Translations under genes and position numbers: made by a program
The notes under the pieces: model-generated
Database searches by the model: none
Told to the model about the DNA's origin: nothing
Seen by the model: only the letters and a program-made list of their open reading frames with translations
Assembly: GCA_964606765.1 (NCBI GenBank)
Contig: CAZSIR010000004.1
Span: forward strand, 1 to 58,485
Direction of reading: 5' to 3'
Source: an uncultured Bordetella sp.
Lineage (GTDB): Bacteria > Pseudomonadota > Gammaproteobacteria > Burkholderiales > SG8-41
Length of the DNA stretch: 58,485 nucleotides
Shown here: positions 46,307 to 55,981 of the stretch, one piece after another
Numbering within the stretch: position 1 is the first letter of the stretch
Layout: the number at the start of each line of letters is the position of its first letter

Positions 46307-47677
46307 CTAAGGGACCTTGCAGACGAATTCCTCGAATTTTCCGTTCGCTGCGCGCGGCAATGCGTCGTCGAAATAGACAAAGTTCAGCTCAAACGCATAA
46401 CCCAGCGCATCGCGTATCACCGCGCCAAGCCGTTCCTCTTCCGCACCGGTCAGGGTCCGGCCGCAGACAAGCCGCACTTCGACCGAGCGCAGGGAGTGCT
46501 GGATCAGCTGATATTGCTGCACAGGCGCGATTTCGCGGAAACGGTGAAAGCCGACCAATGGCCAGTGTGTGCTGCCATCGGGCAAACGCACCATGTTGCG
46601 CTCCCGCCCGGCAATCCGCGCCAGCGTCGGCAGGGTGCGGCCGCAGGCGCAGGGTGTGCCGACAACCGCATGGTCGTGCAGTTCATACCGGATCAGCGGC
46701 GTCGCGTAATTGTGCAGGCTGCTGACCACCAGCCGGCCGGTTGCTCCCGGAGCGCAGGGATTTCCGCCCGCATCCAGCACTTCAACCAGGACGCTTTCCG
46801 CCATCACGTGGTATTGCCCGGATACGGGGCACTGCAATGCGATATAGCCCAGCTCCTGCGAACTGTAGGTGTCTTCGATGCCCACCCCCAGCGTGTCACG
46901 GCAGGCATCACGCAATGCAGGGCTTACAGTTTCTCCAACCGTCAGCACCGCACGCAGGCCGTTCAAACGCGTCCCCTGCCGCACGAAAAAGGCGATCAGT
47001 GCCGCAAGGTTGCTGGGGTAGGTCAGCAGATAGGCCGGCTCATGCCGCCTGATCCAGGCGGCCTGCACGGCAATGTCGGCATTCAGGCTCAGCAATGCCG
47101 ACGGGCCGGTCACACGCAGCGCCTCCGATGCGCCCCCCCAGCCGGTGCCGACAATGCCCTCCGGCGCATCAGCAATGCCCGGCGCCAATGCACGGATGGC
47201 TGCGAGCTTCAGTGACTGGTCGCGGCGATGCCAGTAATGGTCGCGCAAGGTATTGACCTGCCACATCAGCGCATCCAGCCCCGAGCGCGATACCTGCACC
47301 GGCTGCCCGGTCGCGCCGGAGGTCCGGGTTTCATTCACCGGGCCGAATTGCGGCGGCATCGCCGTACTGTGCAATGCCGGCCCGGCATCCTGGATGTCGC
47401 GCCGGGTGAGCAGCGGCAGAACGCGCAGCTGCGTCATGGTCGGTGCTTCACTGCTGCGCCATCCCGCAAGCCGGTCGCGGTAAAACGGCACCGTGCGGCG
47501 GGCATGTTCGATGACCAGCGCCAGCTGTTGCAGCTGGTGGTGCTGCAGTAAATCAACCGGCCAGCGTTCGGACTGTTCGAACTGCCACAGCAAGGCCATC
47601 CGTTGCGCGGCCTGCGCATCGGGCAGCGCAGGCCAGGTAATTCCGGCAACGGCGGACTTGAATGGCAACATGCTCAT
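46307..47677 (-). CDS. PaaK/F390-synthetase-like adenylate-forming ligase
   Basis: ORF 46307..47704 trimmed to the ATG that overlaps the upstream stop (ATGA at 47674-47677). ANL P-loop TSGATGQPV. PaaK-like blocks SSQELGYIA and TPLIRYELHDH. Confidence 0.7.
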   Translation of the reverse strand: MSMLPFKSAVAGITWPALPDAQAAQRMALLWQFEQSERWPVDLLQHHQLQQLALVIEHARRTVPFYRDRLAGWRSSEAPTMTQLRVLPLLTRRDIQDAGPALHSTAMPPQFGPVNETRTSGATGQPVQVSRSGLDALMWQVNTLRDHYWHRRDQSLKLAAIRALAPGIADAPEGIVGTGWGGASEALRVTGPSALLSLNADIAVQAAWIRRHEPAYLLTYPSNLAALIAFFVRQGTRLNGLRAVLTVGETVSPALRDACRDTLGVGIEDTYSSQELGYIALQCPVSGQYHVMAESVLVEVLDAGGNPCAPGATGRLVVSSLHNYATPLIRYELHDHAVVGTPCACGRTLPTLARIAGRERNMVRLPDGSTHWPLVGFHRFREIAPVQQYQLIQHSLRSVEVRLVCGRTLTGAEEERLGAVIRDALGYAFELNFVYFDDALPRAANGKFEEFVCKVP

Positions 47678-48495
47678 GTTGGCCGCATGATCAGCGTCGG
47701 ACAACGCTCGCCGAGCTCATAAGACGGTACATGCATCGCCATGATCGCGAAGTCGCCGGCGCAGGCCAGCACTTCGCCGAGCGTCGGAAAGCTGTAACGC
47801 GTATCAACGTCACGGTAATTGTTGATGGTACTGACCACGGCCGGCGGCCAGCCGAGATGCGCCGCGAGTTTTTCCGGATCGGGCACCGCCTCATGCCACG
47901 CCGCCCACACATTGCCCAGCCGCACGCCCTGCTCCAGCGTGCCGTGCAGCGCCATCGCCAGCCGCCATTTGAAGACATGGAAATTGCCGATACGCCGCTG
48001 CCACAGGTCATCGATGACCCGGGCCACCGGCTCCGCAGAATCCGGGCGCACGAAATATCGCATCGCCAGCAAGGCGTCACCGGATGCAACGCGGCGCAAC
48101 TCCGTGACCAGCGCCGCGTACTGCGCGCTGCCGACCAGCAGGCTGTAACAGCCGTCGCCGATCAGCAGCTGCCGGCTGGCATTGGCCAGCGGCAGTTTCA
48201 GCCAGTCGCCGCAGACCGCAATGCCCGGCGCCGCAGCGGCAGGCCACACGGCAGAAATCATCGGTCGCGAATGATCCACCGCCACCAGCCGGGTTCCAGC
48301 CGGCCAGCGCATGCCTGCAACCTCGGGGGTCACACCGCACAGCAGCGCATGGGGGGCGGTCATGGATTTCCCCGCACACCAGTCACGGATTTCGTTTTCC
48401 AGCAACGCAATGTCTTCCGCTGCCGGGCGCAGCGGCGGGCCGATCAGGCTCCATTGCCGCGCATGCTGGTTCCAGTGATCTGGCTGTGCGGTCAT
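47674..48495 (-). CDS. hypothetical protein with a class I SAM-methyltransferase-like fold (degenerate glycine loop)
   Basis: 273 aa. ALLCGVTPEVA / LVAVDHS / GDWLKLPL / LLIGDGCYSLL resemble methyltransferase motifs I-IV, but motif I lacks GxGxG. Coupled to the ligase. Confidence 0.4.
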   Translation of the reverse strand: MTAQPDHWNQHARQWSLIGPPLRPAAEDIALLENEIRDWCAGKSMTAPHALLCGVTPEVAGMRWPAGTRLVAVDHSRPMISAVWPAAAAPGIAVCGDWLKLPLANASRQLLIGDGCYSLLVGSAQYAALVTELRRVASGDALLAMRYFVRPDSAEPVARVIDDLWQRRIGNFHVFKWRLAMALHGTLEQGVRLGNVWAAWHEAVPDPEKLAAHLGWPPAVVSTINNYRDVDTRYSFPTLGEVLACAGDFAIMAMHVPSYELGERCPTLIMRPT

Positions 48496-48536
48496 GGGTG
48501 TTCAGTTCCTGGTGTGCTCGCTTTAATGTGCCCGCT

Positions 48537-51269
48537 TCAATGCGCTTTATCCCAGTTGGGGCCCGTGCCGATTTCCACCAGCAGCGGCACCGCCAGTTGT
48601 GCGACGCCGGCCATCAGCCGCGCCAGTCCGGCCCTGATGGTGTCGAGTTCGGCATCGGGTACTTCCAGCACCAGTTCGTCATGCACCTGCATGATCAGTT
48701 TTGATGCCAACTTTTCTTTGACCAGCCAGTGTTGCACGGCAATCATCGCCAGTTTGATCAAGTCAGCCGCGGTGCCCTGCATCGGCGCATTGATCGCCGC
48801 GCGCTCCGCGCCCTGGCGCCGCGCAGCGTTGCTGCCGCGGATTTCCGGCAGCCACAGCCGGCGGCCGAACACGGTTTCGACATAACCCTGTTCGCGCGCC
48901 TGCTCGCGCGTGACGCGCATGTATTCGGCGACTCCGGGGTAACGCTGGAAATAGCGGTCCATGTACTGCTGCGCTGCTGAACGTTCGATGTCGAGTTGCC
49001 TCGCCAGACCGAAGGCCGACATGCCGTAGATCAGGCCGAAATTGATGACCTTGGCGTAACGCCGCTGCTCGCTGTCCACGGTCTGCGGCGTGAGGCCGAA
49101 AATCTCCGCAGCCGTTGCGCGATGGATGTCCTCGCCGGCGGCAAAAGCCTTCAGCAGGCTTTCGTCGCGCGAGATATGCGCCATGATGCGCAGCTCGATC
49201 TGCGAATAGTCGGCGGAAACGATCGTTGAGCCCGGCGGTGCGATGAAGGCTTCGCGGATGCGCCGGCCCTCTGCGGTGCGGATGGGAATGTTCTGCAGAT
49301 TGGGATCGGTGCTCGCCAATCGTCCCGTTACTGCCGTCGCCTGGCCATAACTGGTATGCACACGGCCGGTGTTACGGTTGACCATCAGCGGCAGCTTGTC
49401 GGTATAAGTCGATTTCAGTTTCGCCAGGCCGCGGTATTCAAGGATCAGTTTCGGCAGCGGATGGTCGAGCGCCAGTTCTGCCAGTGACTCTTCATCTGTG
49501 GACGGTGCACCGCCAGGCGTTTTTTTCACCGGCTTCAGGCCCTGCTTGTCAAACAGGATTTCCTGGATCTGTTTCGGCGAACTCAGGTTGAAAGGCTGCC
49601 CCGCCTGCTCATGCGCGCGTTTTTCGATGTCGATCATCTTGGCGCCGAATTCGGCGGACAGTTCCGCCAGCAGATTGGCGTCGATCAGCACGCCGTTGCG
49701 CTCCATTGCATACAGCACCGGCATCGCCGGCATCTCGATGTCGGCATAGATGTGGCTCAGCTTCGGGTCGGCGGCAATGCGCGGATGCAGCGCCTGGTGC
49801 AGCTGCAGCGTGATGTCGGCGTCTTCGGCGGCGTAGTCGGAGGCGAGCTCGACGGCGACCTGTTCAAAACCGATGCGTTTTGCCCCTTTCCCCGTTACCT
49901 CGTCATAACTAATTGTTTTTATTGACAAAATTCTCTGCGCCATGGAATCCATGTCATGCCGCTGATGGCTTTCCAGCACATAGGATTCGAGCAAGGTGTC
50001 GTGCGCAACGCCGGCGACCTGCACGTCGTAATTGGCGAACACATGCATGTCGTACTTGATGTGCTGGCCGAGCTTCGCGCGCCGCGGATTTTCCAGCCAG
50101 GGCTTCAGCGCCGCCAGCACTGCCCCGCGTGCAAGTTGCGCCGGTGCGCCGGCATAGACATGGCCAAGGGGTATGTACGCAGCCTGCCCCGGTTCCACCG
50201 ACAAAGAAATACCCACCAGTTCCGCCGTCATCGGATCAAGGCTGGTGGTTTCGGTATCCACCGCGGTCAGCGGCGCAGCCTCGATGCGCGACAACCATTT
50301 CTGCAGGGCTTCCATGGTGGTCACGGTTTCAAAATGGCGTTCGTATTGCGGCGCGGCCGGAATCACCGCAGCCGCCGGCGCATCGCTGGCGGCGGCTGCA
50401 GCCGTGGCAGGCACTTCGGCAGCCGCGCCATCCAGCTCGCGCCGCCAGGTCCTGAATTCAAACCGCTCGAACAGTTCGACGAGTTTGGCCTTGTCCTGCG
50501 CCTTCAGCGCGAGATCCTGCAACTGCACCGGCAGTTCGACATCACATTTGATGGTCAGCAGGGCCTGCGCCTGCGGCAGCCAGTCCAGCGTATCGCGCAG
50601 GTTCTGCCCGACTGCGCCGCCGATGTCGGCTGCGTTTTTGACGATGTTGTCCAGCGAGCCGTACTGGGTCAGCCATTTCACCGCGGTTTTCGGCCCGACC
50701 TTGGGCACGCCCGGCACGTTGTCCACGCTGTCCCCGATCAGCGTCAGGTAATCGATGATGCGCTCCGGCGGCACGCCGAATTTTTTTTCGACGCCGGGGA
50801 TGTCGAGAGTTTCATTGGACATGGTGTTGACCAGCGTGACCTGCGGCGACACCAGCTGCGTGATGTCCTTGTCACCGGTGGAAATCACCACGCGCATGCC
50901 GGCCTGCTCGGCCTGCCGCGCCAGCGTGCCGATGACATCGTCGGCCTCGACGCCGGAAACCTCGATCAGCGGCCAGCCCATTGCGACGATCGCTTCCTTC
51001 AGCGGGCCGATCTGCGAAGCCAGTTCGTCGGGCATGGCCGGCCGGTTGGCCTTGTATTCGGCGTACAGGTCGTCGCGGAAGGTCTTGCCCTTGGCGTCAA
51101 AAACGCAGGCGCTCAGTTCCGCCGGCACATCCTTGTGCAGGCGGCGCAGCATGTTGAGCACGCCATAAATGGCATTGGTCGGCTCGCCGCGGCTGTTGCT
51201 GAGGTCGCGTATCGCATGAAATGCCCGGTAAAGATAGGACGAGCCATCGACTAGTAGCAGGGTTTTCAT
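48537..51269 (-). CDS. polA: DNA polymerase I
   Basis: 910 aa. 5'-nuclease N-terminus MKTLLLVDGSSYLYRAFHA, a 3'-5' exonuclease domain, and polymerase motifs DYSQIELR and QVHDELV. Confidence 0.97.
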   Translation of the reverse strand: MKTLLLVDGSSYLYRAFHAIRDLSNSRGEPTNAIYGVLNMLRRLHKDVPAELSACVFDAKGKTFRDDLYAEYKANRPAMPDELASQIGPLKEAIVAMGWPLIEVSGVEADDVIGTLARQAEQAGMRVVISTGDKDITQLVSPQVTLVNTMSNETLDIPGVEKKFGVPPERIIDYLTLIGDSVDNVPGVPKVGPKTAVKWLTQYGSLDNIVKNAADIGGAVGQNLRDTLDWLPQAQALLTIKCDVELPVQLQDLALKAQDKAKLVELFERFEFRTWRRELDGAAAEVPATAAAAASDAPAAAVIPAAPQYERHFETVTTMEALQKWLSRIEAAPLTAVDTETTSLDPMTAELVGISLSVEPGQAAYIPLGHVYAGAPAQLARGAVLAALKPWLENPRRAKLGQHIKYDMHVFANYDVQVAGVAHDTLLESYVLESHQRHDMDSMAQRILSIKTISYDEVTGKGAKRIGFEQVAVELASDYAAEDADITLQLHQALHPRIAADPKLSHIYADIEMPAMPVLYAMERNGVLIDANLLAELSAEFGAKMIDIEKRAHEQAGQPFNLSSPKQIQEILFDKQGLKPVKKTPGGAPSTDEESLAELALDHPLPKLILEYRGLAKLKSTYTDKLPLMVNRNTGRVHTSYGQATAVTGRLASTDPNLQNIPIRTAEGRRIREAFIAPPGSTIVSADYSQIELRIMAHISRDESLLKAFAAGEDIHRATAAEIFGLTPQTVDSEQRRYAKVINFGLIYGMSAFGLARQLDIERSAAQQYMDRYFQRYPGVAEYMRVTREQAREQGYVETVFGRRLWLPEIRGSNAARRQGAERAAINAPMQGTAADLIKLAMIAVQHWLVKEKLASKLIMQVHDELVLEVPDAELDTIRAGLARLMAGVAQLAVPLLVEIGTGPNWDKAH

Positions 51270-51426
51270 GCGGAGAATCCGGTTTGACTGCGCAGCAGGC
51301 TGAAGCCGCCGCCGCGTACGGCAGGAATTATCGCAGACTTATGATGAAAACCGCGCCACGCCCCTGCCGCAGCGCCTTTCAAAACGACGGCGAAAGCCGG
51401 ATAATGGATGCCACTGGAGCCTCTTC

Positions 51427-51801
51427 ATGCGACAACCCACCCTGATAGCATTTGTCCTGGCCGCTGCGGCGATCACGCTGCCCGTCCTGACCCAACCGGC
51501 AGGCGCGCAAAGCAGGCCTGCCGGCAAATCCGCGGCGCAGCCCATCCCCGAACCGCCGCCGCCTCCGCCCGGCTTTGAGCTGGACCCGGCGCAGGAGCCG
51601 CAGGTCACCATCCGCAAGCAGGGCAATGACACCGTCGAGGAATACCGCATCGCCGGCAAGCTCTACATGATGAAAGTCTCGCCGGCCGGCGGCGGTCCCT
51701 CGTATTACCTCATCGATGAGCGCGGCGACGGCCAGTTTGCGCGCCAGGACATCCCCGGCACCAGCATCCGGCCACCGATGTGGGTGATCCATTCCTGGTA
51801 G
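51427..51801 (+). CDS. DUF2782-family secreted protein
   Basis: 124 aa with a signal peptide. EPQVTIRKQGNDTVEEYRIAGKLYMMKVSP block. Conserved position between polA and thrB. Confidence 0.65.
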   Translation: MRQPTLIAFVLAAAAITLPVLTQPAGAQSRPAGKSAAQPIPEPPPPPPGFELDPAQEPQVTIRKQGNDTVEEYRIAGKLYMMKVSPAGGGPSYYLIDERGDGQFARQDIPGTSIRPPMWVIHSW

Positions 51802-51910
51802 TTCCCGCCGGGTCGCCGGGCGACCTGGCCTGCTGCAACACCGTTTCACATGACCCGGTTTCACGGCACTGTTACCCGGCCTCTTTTTTTCACCAAACCG
51901 CTTTGCCGCA

Positions 51911-52861
51911 ATGTCTGTCTTCACCACGGTAAGCCCTGACGAACTGCGCCACTGGCTGCGGGATTACGCCGTCGGCGAACTGCACGAGTTGCGCGGCATC
52001 AGCGCCGGCATCGAAAACACCAATTATTTCGTCACCACCAGCGCCGGCCGTTATGTGCTGACGCTGTTCGAAAAGCTGACGGCGCAGGAACTGCCCTTTT
52101 ACCTGAACCTGATGGCGCATCTTGCCGAGCATGGCGTGCCCAGCGCGCACCCGGTCGCCAATCGCAGCGGCCACTACCTCGGCCGGCTCAATGGCAAACC
52201 CGCCGCACTGGTGGCGCGCCTCGAAGGCGCCGACGTCACGGCGCCGACCACTGCTCAGTGCGCGGCGGTCGGCGCCATCCTCGCGCAACTGCATCTTGCC
52301 GGCCAGTCCTATCCGGCAAAAATGGACAATCCGCGCGGCCCCAGATGGTGGAGCGGCGTGCTGCCCGCCATCCTGCCCTTCCTGGACGAAAACGAAGCCG
52401 CGCTGCTGCAGGACGAAATCCGTTTCCAGTCGCAGTACCGTTTTTCCGATCTGCCGCGCGGCGCGATCCACGCCGACCTCTTTCGCGACAACGTGCTGTT
52501 TGACGGCGACCGCGTCGCCGGCGTCATCGATTTTTATTTTGCCTGCACCGATGTGCTGCTCTACGACATTGCCATCGCCATCAACGACTGGTGCATCGCG
52601 GCGGATGGCGGCATCGATGCCGGGCGCGCCGGTGCGTTCCTCGGCGGTTATGCGGCCATCCGCCCCTATACGGCGGTCGAACGCGGCGCCTGGCCGGTGA
52701 TGCTGCGTGCCGGCGCCCTGCGTTTCTGGGTGTCGCGGCTCCACGATTTCCATCTGCCGCGCCCCGGCGAACTGACCCATGCCAAGGACCCCGGGCATTT
52801 CCGCCGCATCCTTGAACTGCGCATCCGCGACGAGGATGCGCTGCCGGCGCTGCCCGGCTGA
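51911..52861 (+). CDS. thrB: homoserine kinase (APH-type ThrB)
   Basis: 316 aa starting MSVFTTVSPDELRHWLRDYAVGEL...GIENTNYFV. Catalytic motif IHADLFRDNVLF. Confidence 0.9.
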   Translation: MSVFTTVSPDELRHWLRDYAVGELHELRGISAGIENTNYFVTTSAGRYVLTLFEKLTAQELPFYLNLMAHLAEHGVPSAHPVANRSGHYLGRLNGKPAALVARLEGADVTAPTTAQCAAVGAILAQLHLAGQSYPAKMDNPRGPRWWSGVLPAILPFLDENEAALLQDEIRFQSQYRFSDLPRGAIHADLFRDNVLFDGDRVAGVIDFYFACTDVLLYDIAIAINDWCIAADGGIDAGRAGAFLGGYAAIRPYTAVERGAWPVMLRAGALRFWVSRLHDFHLPRPGELTHAKDPGHFRRILELRIRDEDALPALPG

Positions 52862-52899
52862 AGACCGCGCTTATAATCCGCGAAAGGAGGGGATACAAC

Positions 52900-53655
52900 A
52901 TGCAGATCCGCAGCGTAGCCGCCGGTCGCGGCTGGGAATGGGTGGTCGAGGGATTCCGCATTTTCCGCAAACAGCCCTTGACCTGGATCACGCTGGTGGT
53001 GGTCATGGCGATGATCTGGATCGCTGCGATGATGGTCCCGGTGATCGGGCCGCTGGCGATCAACCTGGTGTCCCCCGTGTTCTTTGCCGGCCTGATGCTG
53101 GCCTGCCGCAGCACCGATCAGGATGAAGAACCCGAATTCAGCCAGTTGTTCGCCGCCTTCAAAACCCATGCCAGCCCGCTGGTCACCATCGGCGGCGTCT
53201 ATCTGGCCGGCAACATCATCGCCGTCGGCATCGTCTTCGGCGTCGCCGGCGGCACTGCGCTGCCGGCGCTGATGGGCAAGACCGCGGATCTCGAAGCCAT
53301 GCGCGTCGCGCTGCGCGGGCTGCTGCTGGGCATGGCGGTCGGCATGGCCGTGTTCATCCCGGTGCTGATGGCGGTCTGGTTTGCCCCGCTGCTGATCGTG
53401 TTCCACAACACGCCGCCGGTCGAGGCGCTGAAAATGTCGTACACCGCCTGCTGGCGCAATTCCCTGCCGCTGCTGATCTACGGCGTCGCGACGCTGGTGC
53501 TGTTGTTCCTTGCATCGATACCGCTGATGCTCGGGCTGATTGTGCTGCTGCCGGTACTGGTGTGCTCGATCTATGCGAGCTACAGGGACATGTTCATTGC
53601 AGATGTCGTTCCGCCGTCAATGCAGGATCCGGTTCCGCCCTCTTTGAATCCTTGA
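52900..53655 (+). CDS. polytopic membrane protein (BPSS1780/DUF2189-like, recalled family)
   Basis: 251 aa with an AAGGAGG Shine-Dalgarno. Starts MQIRSVAAGRGWEWVVEGFRIFRK and has 5-6 TM helices. Confidence 0.55.
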   Translation: MQIRSVAAGRGWEWVVEGFRIFRKQPLTWITLVVVMAMIWIAAMMVPVIGPLAINLVSPVFFAGLMLACRSTDQDEEPEFSQLFAAFKTHASPLVTIGGVYLAGNIIAVGIVFGVAGGTALPALMGKTADLEAMRVALRGLLLGMAVGMAVFIPVLMAVWFAPLLIVFHNTPPVEALKMSYTACWRNSLPLLIYGVATLVLLFLASIPLMLGLIVLLPVLVCSIYASYRDMFIADVVPPSMQDPVPPSLNP

Positions 53656-53658
53656 GTG

Positions 53659-53690
53659 AGTCCCTGAGCCGGCGCGCCCGGCAAGGGACT
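53659..53690. terminator. possible bidirectional hairpin between convergent membrane-protein and uvrD genes
   Basis: GTCCCT...AGGGAC outer stem with an inner GCCGG..CCGGC stem. It has a weak T tract (TTTC). Confidence 0.35.
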
Positions 53691-53691
53691 T

Positions 53692-55929
53692 TCAAGCCGC
53701 GGTCAGCTTCGCGTACTCCAGCATCAGCCACTTGAGCCCGGCATCGCGGAAATTCACCTGCACCCGCGCATCCGCGCCGCCGCCCTCGGCATTGACGATC
53801 ACGCCGGCGCCGAACCTGGCGTGCGTCACCGCCTGGCCGATGCGCCATGGCGAATCCCGCGAGGGCATCGCCGGTGCCGTCGATGCGCCGCGCGTGCCGG
53901 CACGCGCCGGACCGTACGACGGCGATGTCTGCCGCGCATAAGCCGGGCCGGCACCTGCTGACTGCCGCACATGGTTCACCCGCTGCAGCAGCGCCTCCGG
54001 CAATTCCCGGAAAAAGCGCGACGGCACGTTGTAACGCGTCTGGCCATGCAGCATGCGGCTTTGCGCCAGCAGCAGATACAGGCGGCGCCGCGCCCGCGTC
54101 AGCGCGACATACATCAGCCGGCGTTCTTCCTCGACCCCGTCGGCTTCGGTCATGCTGTTCTCGTGCGGGAACAGGCCTTCCTCCAGCCCGGTGACAAAAA
54201 CCGCATGGAATTCCAGACCTTTCGCCGAGTGCACAGTCATCAGCTGCAGCGCGTCGGCGCCGGCTGCAGCCTGGTGCTCTCCGGCTTCGAGCGCGGCGTG
54301 GGCAAGGAAAGCTGTCAATTCATCCATCTCTTCATCGGGCGCGCCCTCCACCGGCACTTGCGTGGCACGCTCGTCGACAAACACTGCCGCGGCATTGATC
54401 AGTTCATCCAGGTTCTCGATGCGGTCCGCGCCTTCCTTCTCGTTGCGGTAGTGCGCTTTCAGCCCGCTGTGCTCAACGACTTGGGCAATCACTTCCGGCA
54501 ACTGCAGACCGGCGGTGGCCGCACGCATCGCCTCAATGAGTTTCACAAAGGCGGCAATGCTCGTTGCAGCCTTGCCTGACAGCGTATTGGCGCAGGCCGC
54601 CGCCCACAGGCTTATGCCAGACTCCCTGGCCATGCCCTGCAATTGTTCCAGGCTGCGGTTGCCGATGCCGCGCGTCGGAAAATTGATGATGCGCAGCAGA
54701 GCGCCGTCGTCCTCCTGGTTGGCCACCAGCCGCAGGTACGCCAGCGCATGCTTGATTTCCTGACGTTCGAAAAAGCGCAGCCCGCCGTAAACCCGGTACG
54801 GCATGCCGGCCGTGAACAGGGCGTGTTCGATGACCCGTGACTGCGCATTGGAACGGTAGAGCACGGCGATGTCCGCGAGTTGCGCACCTTCACCGCGCAG
54901 GCTGCGCACTTCATCGACCACGTACGCCGCCTCCTCGTAATCGGTGGCGGCCTCGAACACGCGCAGCGGTTCACCCTTGGCATCCGCCGTCCACAGGCTC
55001 TTGCCGAGGCGCTTGCGGTTGTGGCCGATCAGCGCATTGGCTGCGTCGAGGATGTTGCCGTGCGAGCGGTAGTTCTGTTCGAGCTTGATGACTTTCTCGA
55101 CATGGAAATCACGCTGCAGGTCCTGCATGTTCGCCGTCGATGCGCCGCGCCAGCCGTAGATCGACTGGTCATCGTCACCGACCGCGAATATCGCGTTGTG
55201 CTGCCCGGCCAGCAGTTGCAGCCAACGGTACTGCAGGCGGTTGGTGTCCTGGAATTCATCGACGAGGATGTGGCGGAATCGGCCGGCATAGTGCTCACGC
55301 AGGTGATCGTTGCGCGCCAGCAGTTCGTAGGAACGCAGCAGCAGTTCGGCAAAATCGACCACGCCTTCACGCTGGCACTGGCGGTCGTACTCGGCATAGA
55401 ACTCCACCATGCGCCGGGAAAAATCATCATAAGGCTCGACTTTGTCGGCGCGCTTGCCCTCCTCCTTCTGCGCGGCGATGAACCACTGCGCCTGGCGCGG
55501 CGGGTAACGCTCCTCGTCGATGTTCAGCGCCTTCATCAGCCGCTTCACCAGCGCCAGCTGGTCCTGCGTGTCGAGGATCTGGAACAGCTGGGGCAGGCCC
55601 GCTTCACGGTAATGCGCACGCAGCATGCGGTTGCACAGGCCGTGGAAGGTGCCGACCCACATGCCACGGGTGTTGATCGGCAGCATCGCCGACAGCCGCG
55701 TCATCATTTCCTTCGCCGCCTTGTTGGTGAAGGTCACCGCGAGCAGGCTCAGCGGGCTGATCTGGCCGGTCTGTATCAGCCAAGCCATGCGCGTCGTCAG
55801 TACGCGGGTCTTGCCGCTGCCGGCGCCGGCGAGGATCAGCGCCGACTGGTGGGGCAGCGTGACGGCTTCGAGTTGCTCGTCGTTGAGGCCGGAGAGGAAT
55901 GCGGGTGTCGAAGCCGTGGCGGGAATCAT
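53692..55929 (-). CDS. uvrD: ATP-dependent DNA helicase UvrD (helicase II)
   Basis: 745 aa. Motif I AGAGSGKTRVLT, VDEFQDTN, and TVHSAKGLEF motifs. Confidence 0.9.
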   Translation of the reverse strand: MIPATASTPAFLSGLNDEQLEAVTLPHQSALILAGAGSGKTRVLTTRMAWLIQTGQISPLSLLAVTFTNKAAKEMMTRLSAMLPINTRGMWVGTFHGLCNRMLRAHYREAGLPQLFQILDTQDQLALVKRLMKALNIDEERYPPRQAQWFIAAQKEEGKRADKVEPYDDFSRRMVEFYAEYDRQCQREGVVDFAELLLRSYELLARNDHLREHYAGRFRHILVDEFQDTNRLQYRWLQLLAGQHNAIFAVGDDDQSIYGWRGASTANMQDLQRDFHVEKVIKLEQNYRSHGNILDAANALIGHNRKRLGKSLWTADAKGEPLRVFEAATDYEEAAYVVDEVRSLRGEGAQLADIAVLYRSNAQSRVIEHALFTAGMPYRVYGGLRFFERQEIKHALAYLRLVANQEDDGALLRIINFPTRGIGNRSLEQLQGMARESGISLWAAACANTLSGKAATSIAAFVKLIEAMRAATAGLQLPEVIAQVVEHSGLKAHYRNEKEGADRIENLDELINAAAVFVDERATQVPVEGAPDEEMDELTAFLAHAALEAGEHQAAAGADALQLMTVHSAKGLEFHAVFVTGLEEGLFPHENSMTEADGVEEERRLMYVALTRARRRLYLLLAQSRMLHGQTRYNVPSRFFRELPEALLQRVNHVRQSAGAGPAYARQTSPSYGPARAGTRGASTAPAMPSRDSPWRIGQAVTHARFGAGVIVNAEGGGADARVQVNFRDAGLKWLMLEYAKLTAA

Positions 55930-55981
55930 TGCACGATGCAGTCAGAAACGAACTGCATTATACGGGGGTCGCTCCCCGCCA

